A DNA stretch of 64,000 bases from a bacterium (lineage in GTDB: Bacteria; Patescibacteriota; Minisyncoccia; Phycocordibacterales; UBA2100), in NCBI GenBank assembly GCA_030674455.1, contig JAUSGQ010000007.1, positions 19,947 to 83,946 of the forward strand, in the 5' to 3' direction. Position 1 is the stretch's first letter, and each line of letters opens with the position of its first letter. Below are positions 63,890 through 64,000 of this stretch, one piece after another. The notes below the pieces were generated by a model. The model searched no databases, was not told the origin of the DNA, and saw only the letters and a program-made list of their open reading frames with translations. Both the position numbers and the translations under genes were made by a program.

Positions 63890-64000
63890 ATGTCTGACTA
63901 CCACATAGCCCTGCCTTCCAAGCCTCGTGTTGTTTCCGAATCCGAAAGGAGCGGTACATACGAGATAGACGGATTGTACCCGGGTTATGGATACACTCTC
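63890..64000 (+). CDS. rpoA: DNA-directed RNA polymerase alpha subunit, 5' portion (continues beyond window)
   Basis: MSDYHIALPSKPRVVSESERSGTYEIDGLYPGYGYTL, in the expected position after rpsD. Confidence 0.75.
   Translation, partial: MSDYHIALPSKPRVVSESERSGTYEIDGLYPGYGYTL

Noticed and set aside
1-64000. CRISPR array, rRNA genes, prophage or integrase genes
   Set aside because: No regularly spaced identical direct repeats with unique spacers are present. There are no rRNA signatures. The only transposase-like gene is the RAYT.

Overview
This 64-kb window is gene-dense, with roughly 60 protein genes and one tRNA on both strands. It looks like part of a small, streamlined bacterial chromosome, possibly a CPR/Patescibacteria-like organism. 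That placement is an inference from the short AlaRS (no C-Ala domain), the short UvrC (no HhH), and the many membrane-anchored hypothetical proteins. Recognisable housekeeping genes are the hisIE 3' end, purF, pyrB, carA/carB, lysS, tyrS, alaS with tRNA-Ala(UGC), uvrA/uvrB/uvrC, recR, dnaB, rmuC, murB, ddl, mltG, mnmA, ung, yggS, an RRM RNA-binding protein, rplU, and the infA-rpmJ-rpsM-rpsK-rpsD-rpoA cluster. Also present are a MacAB-like HlyD/ABC/FtsX efflux set, ZIP and MgtC transporters, PAP2 and DgkA enzymes, several peptidases (M29, M16, matrixin-like, zincin/DUF1025), a cupin-type (archaeal-like) PGI, an ATP-cone plus Mrr-like nuclease, a Cas4-like PD-(D/E)XK protein and an IS200-like RAYT HUH transposase. 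The most unusual content is a dense layer of palindromic repeat elements, and five kinds stand out. (i) Short perfect or near-perfect palindromes sit in frame inside essential genes (carB twice, uvrA, uvrB, uvrC, yggS and the RAYT gene), in the manner of Rickettsia RPEs. (ii) A ~100-bp composite GTAG-containing palindrome family has six copies that exactly fill intergenic spacers. (iii) The RAYT gene is bracketed by inverted copies of a 27-bp GTAG palindrome and is inserted at the 3' end of ung. (iv) Three separate cases show a diverged duplicate of a gene's 3' terminus a short distance downstream, after geneX (415..741), the MacB-like permease and ung. Two of the duplicates bracket a small inserted gene that is itself flanked by palindromes, which suggests att-like integration scars. 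(v) Several further hairpin or motif families look terminator-like (GATTGAGATG...CATCTCAATC) or promoter-like (AACCTGTAACC). No CRISPR array, rRNA or prophage is evident.
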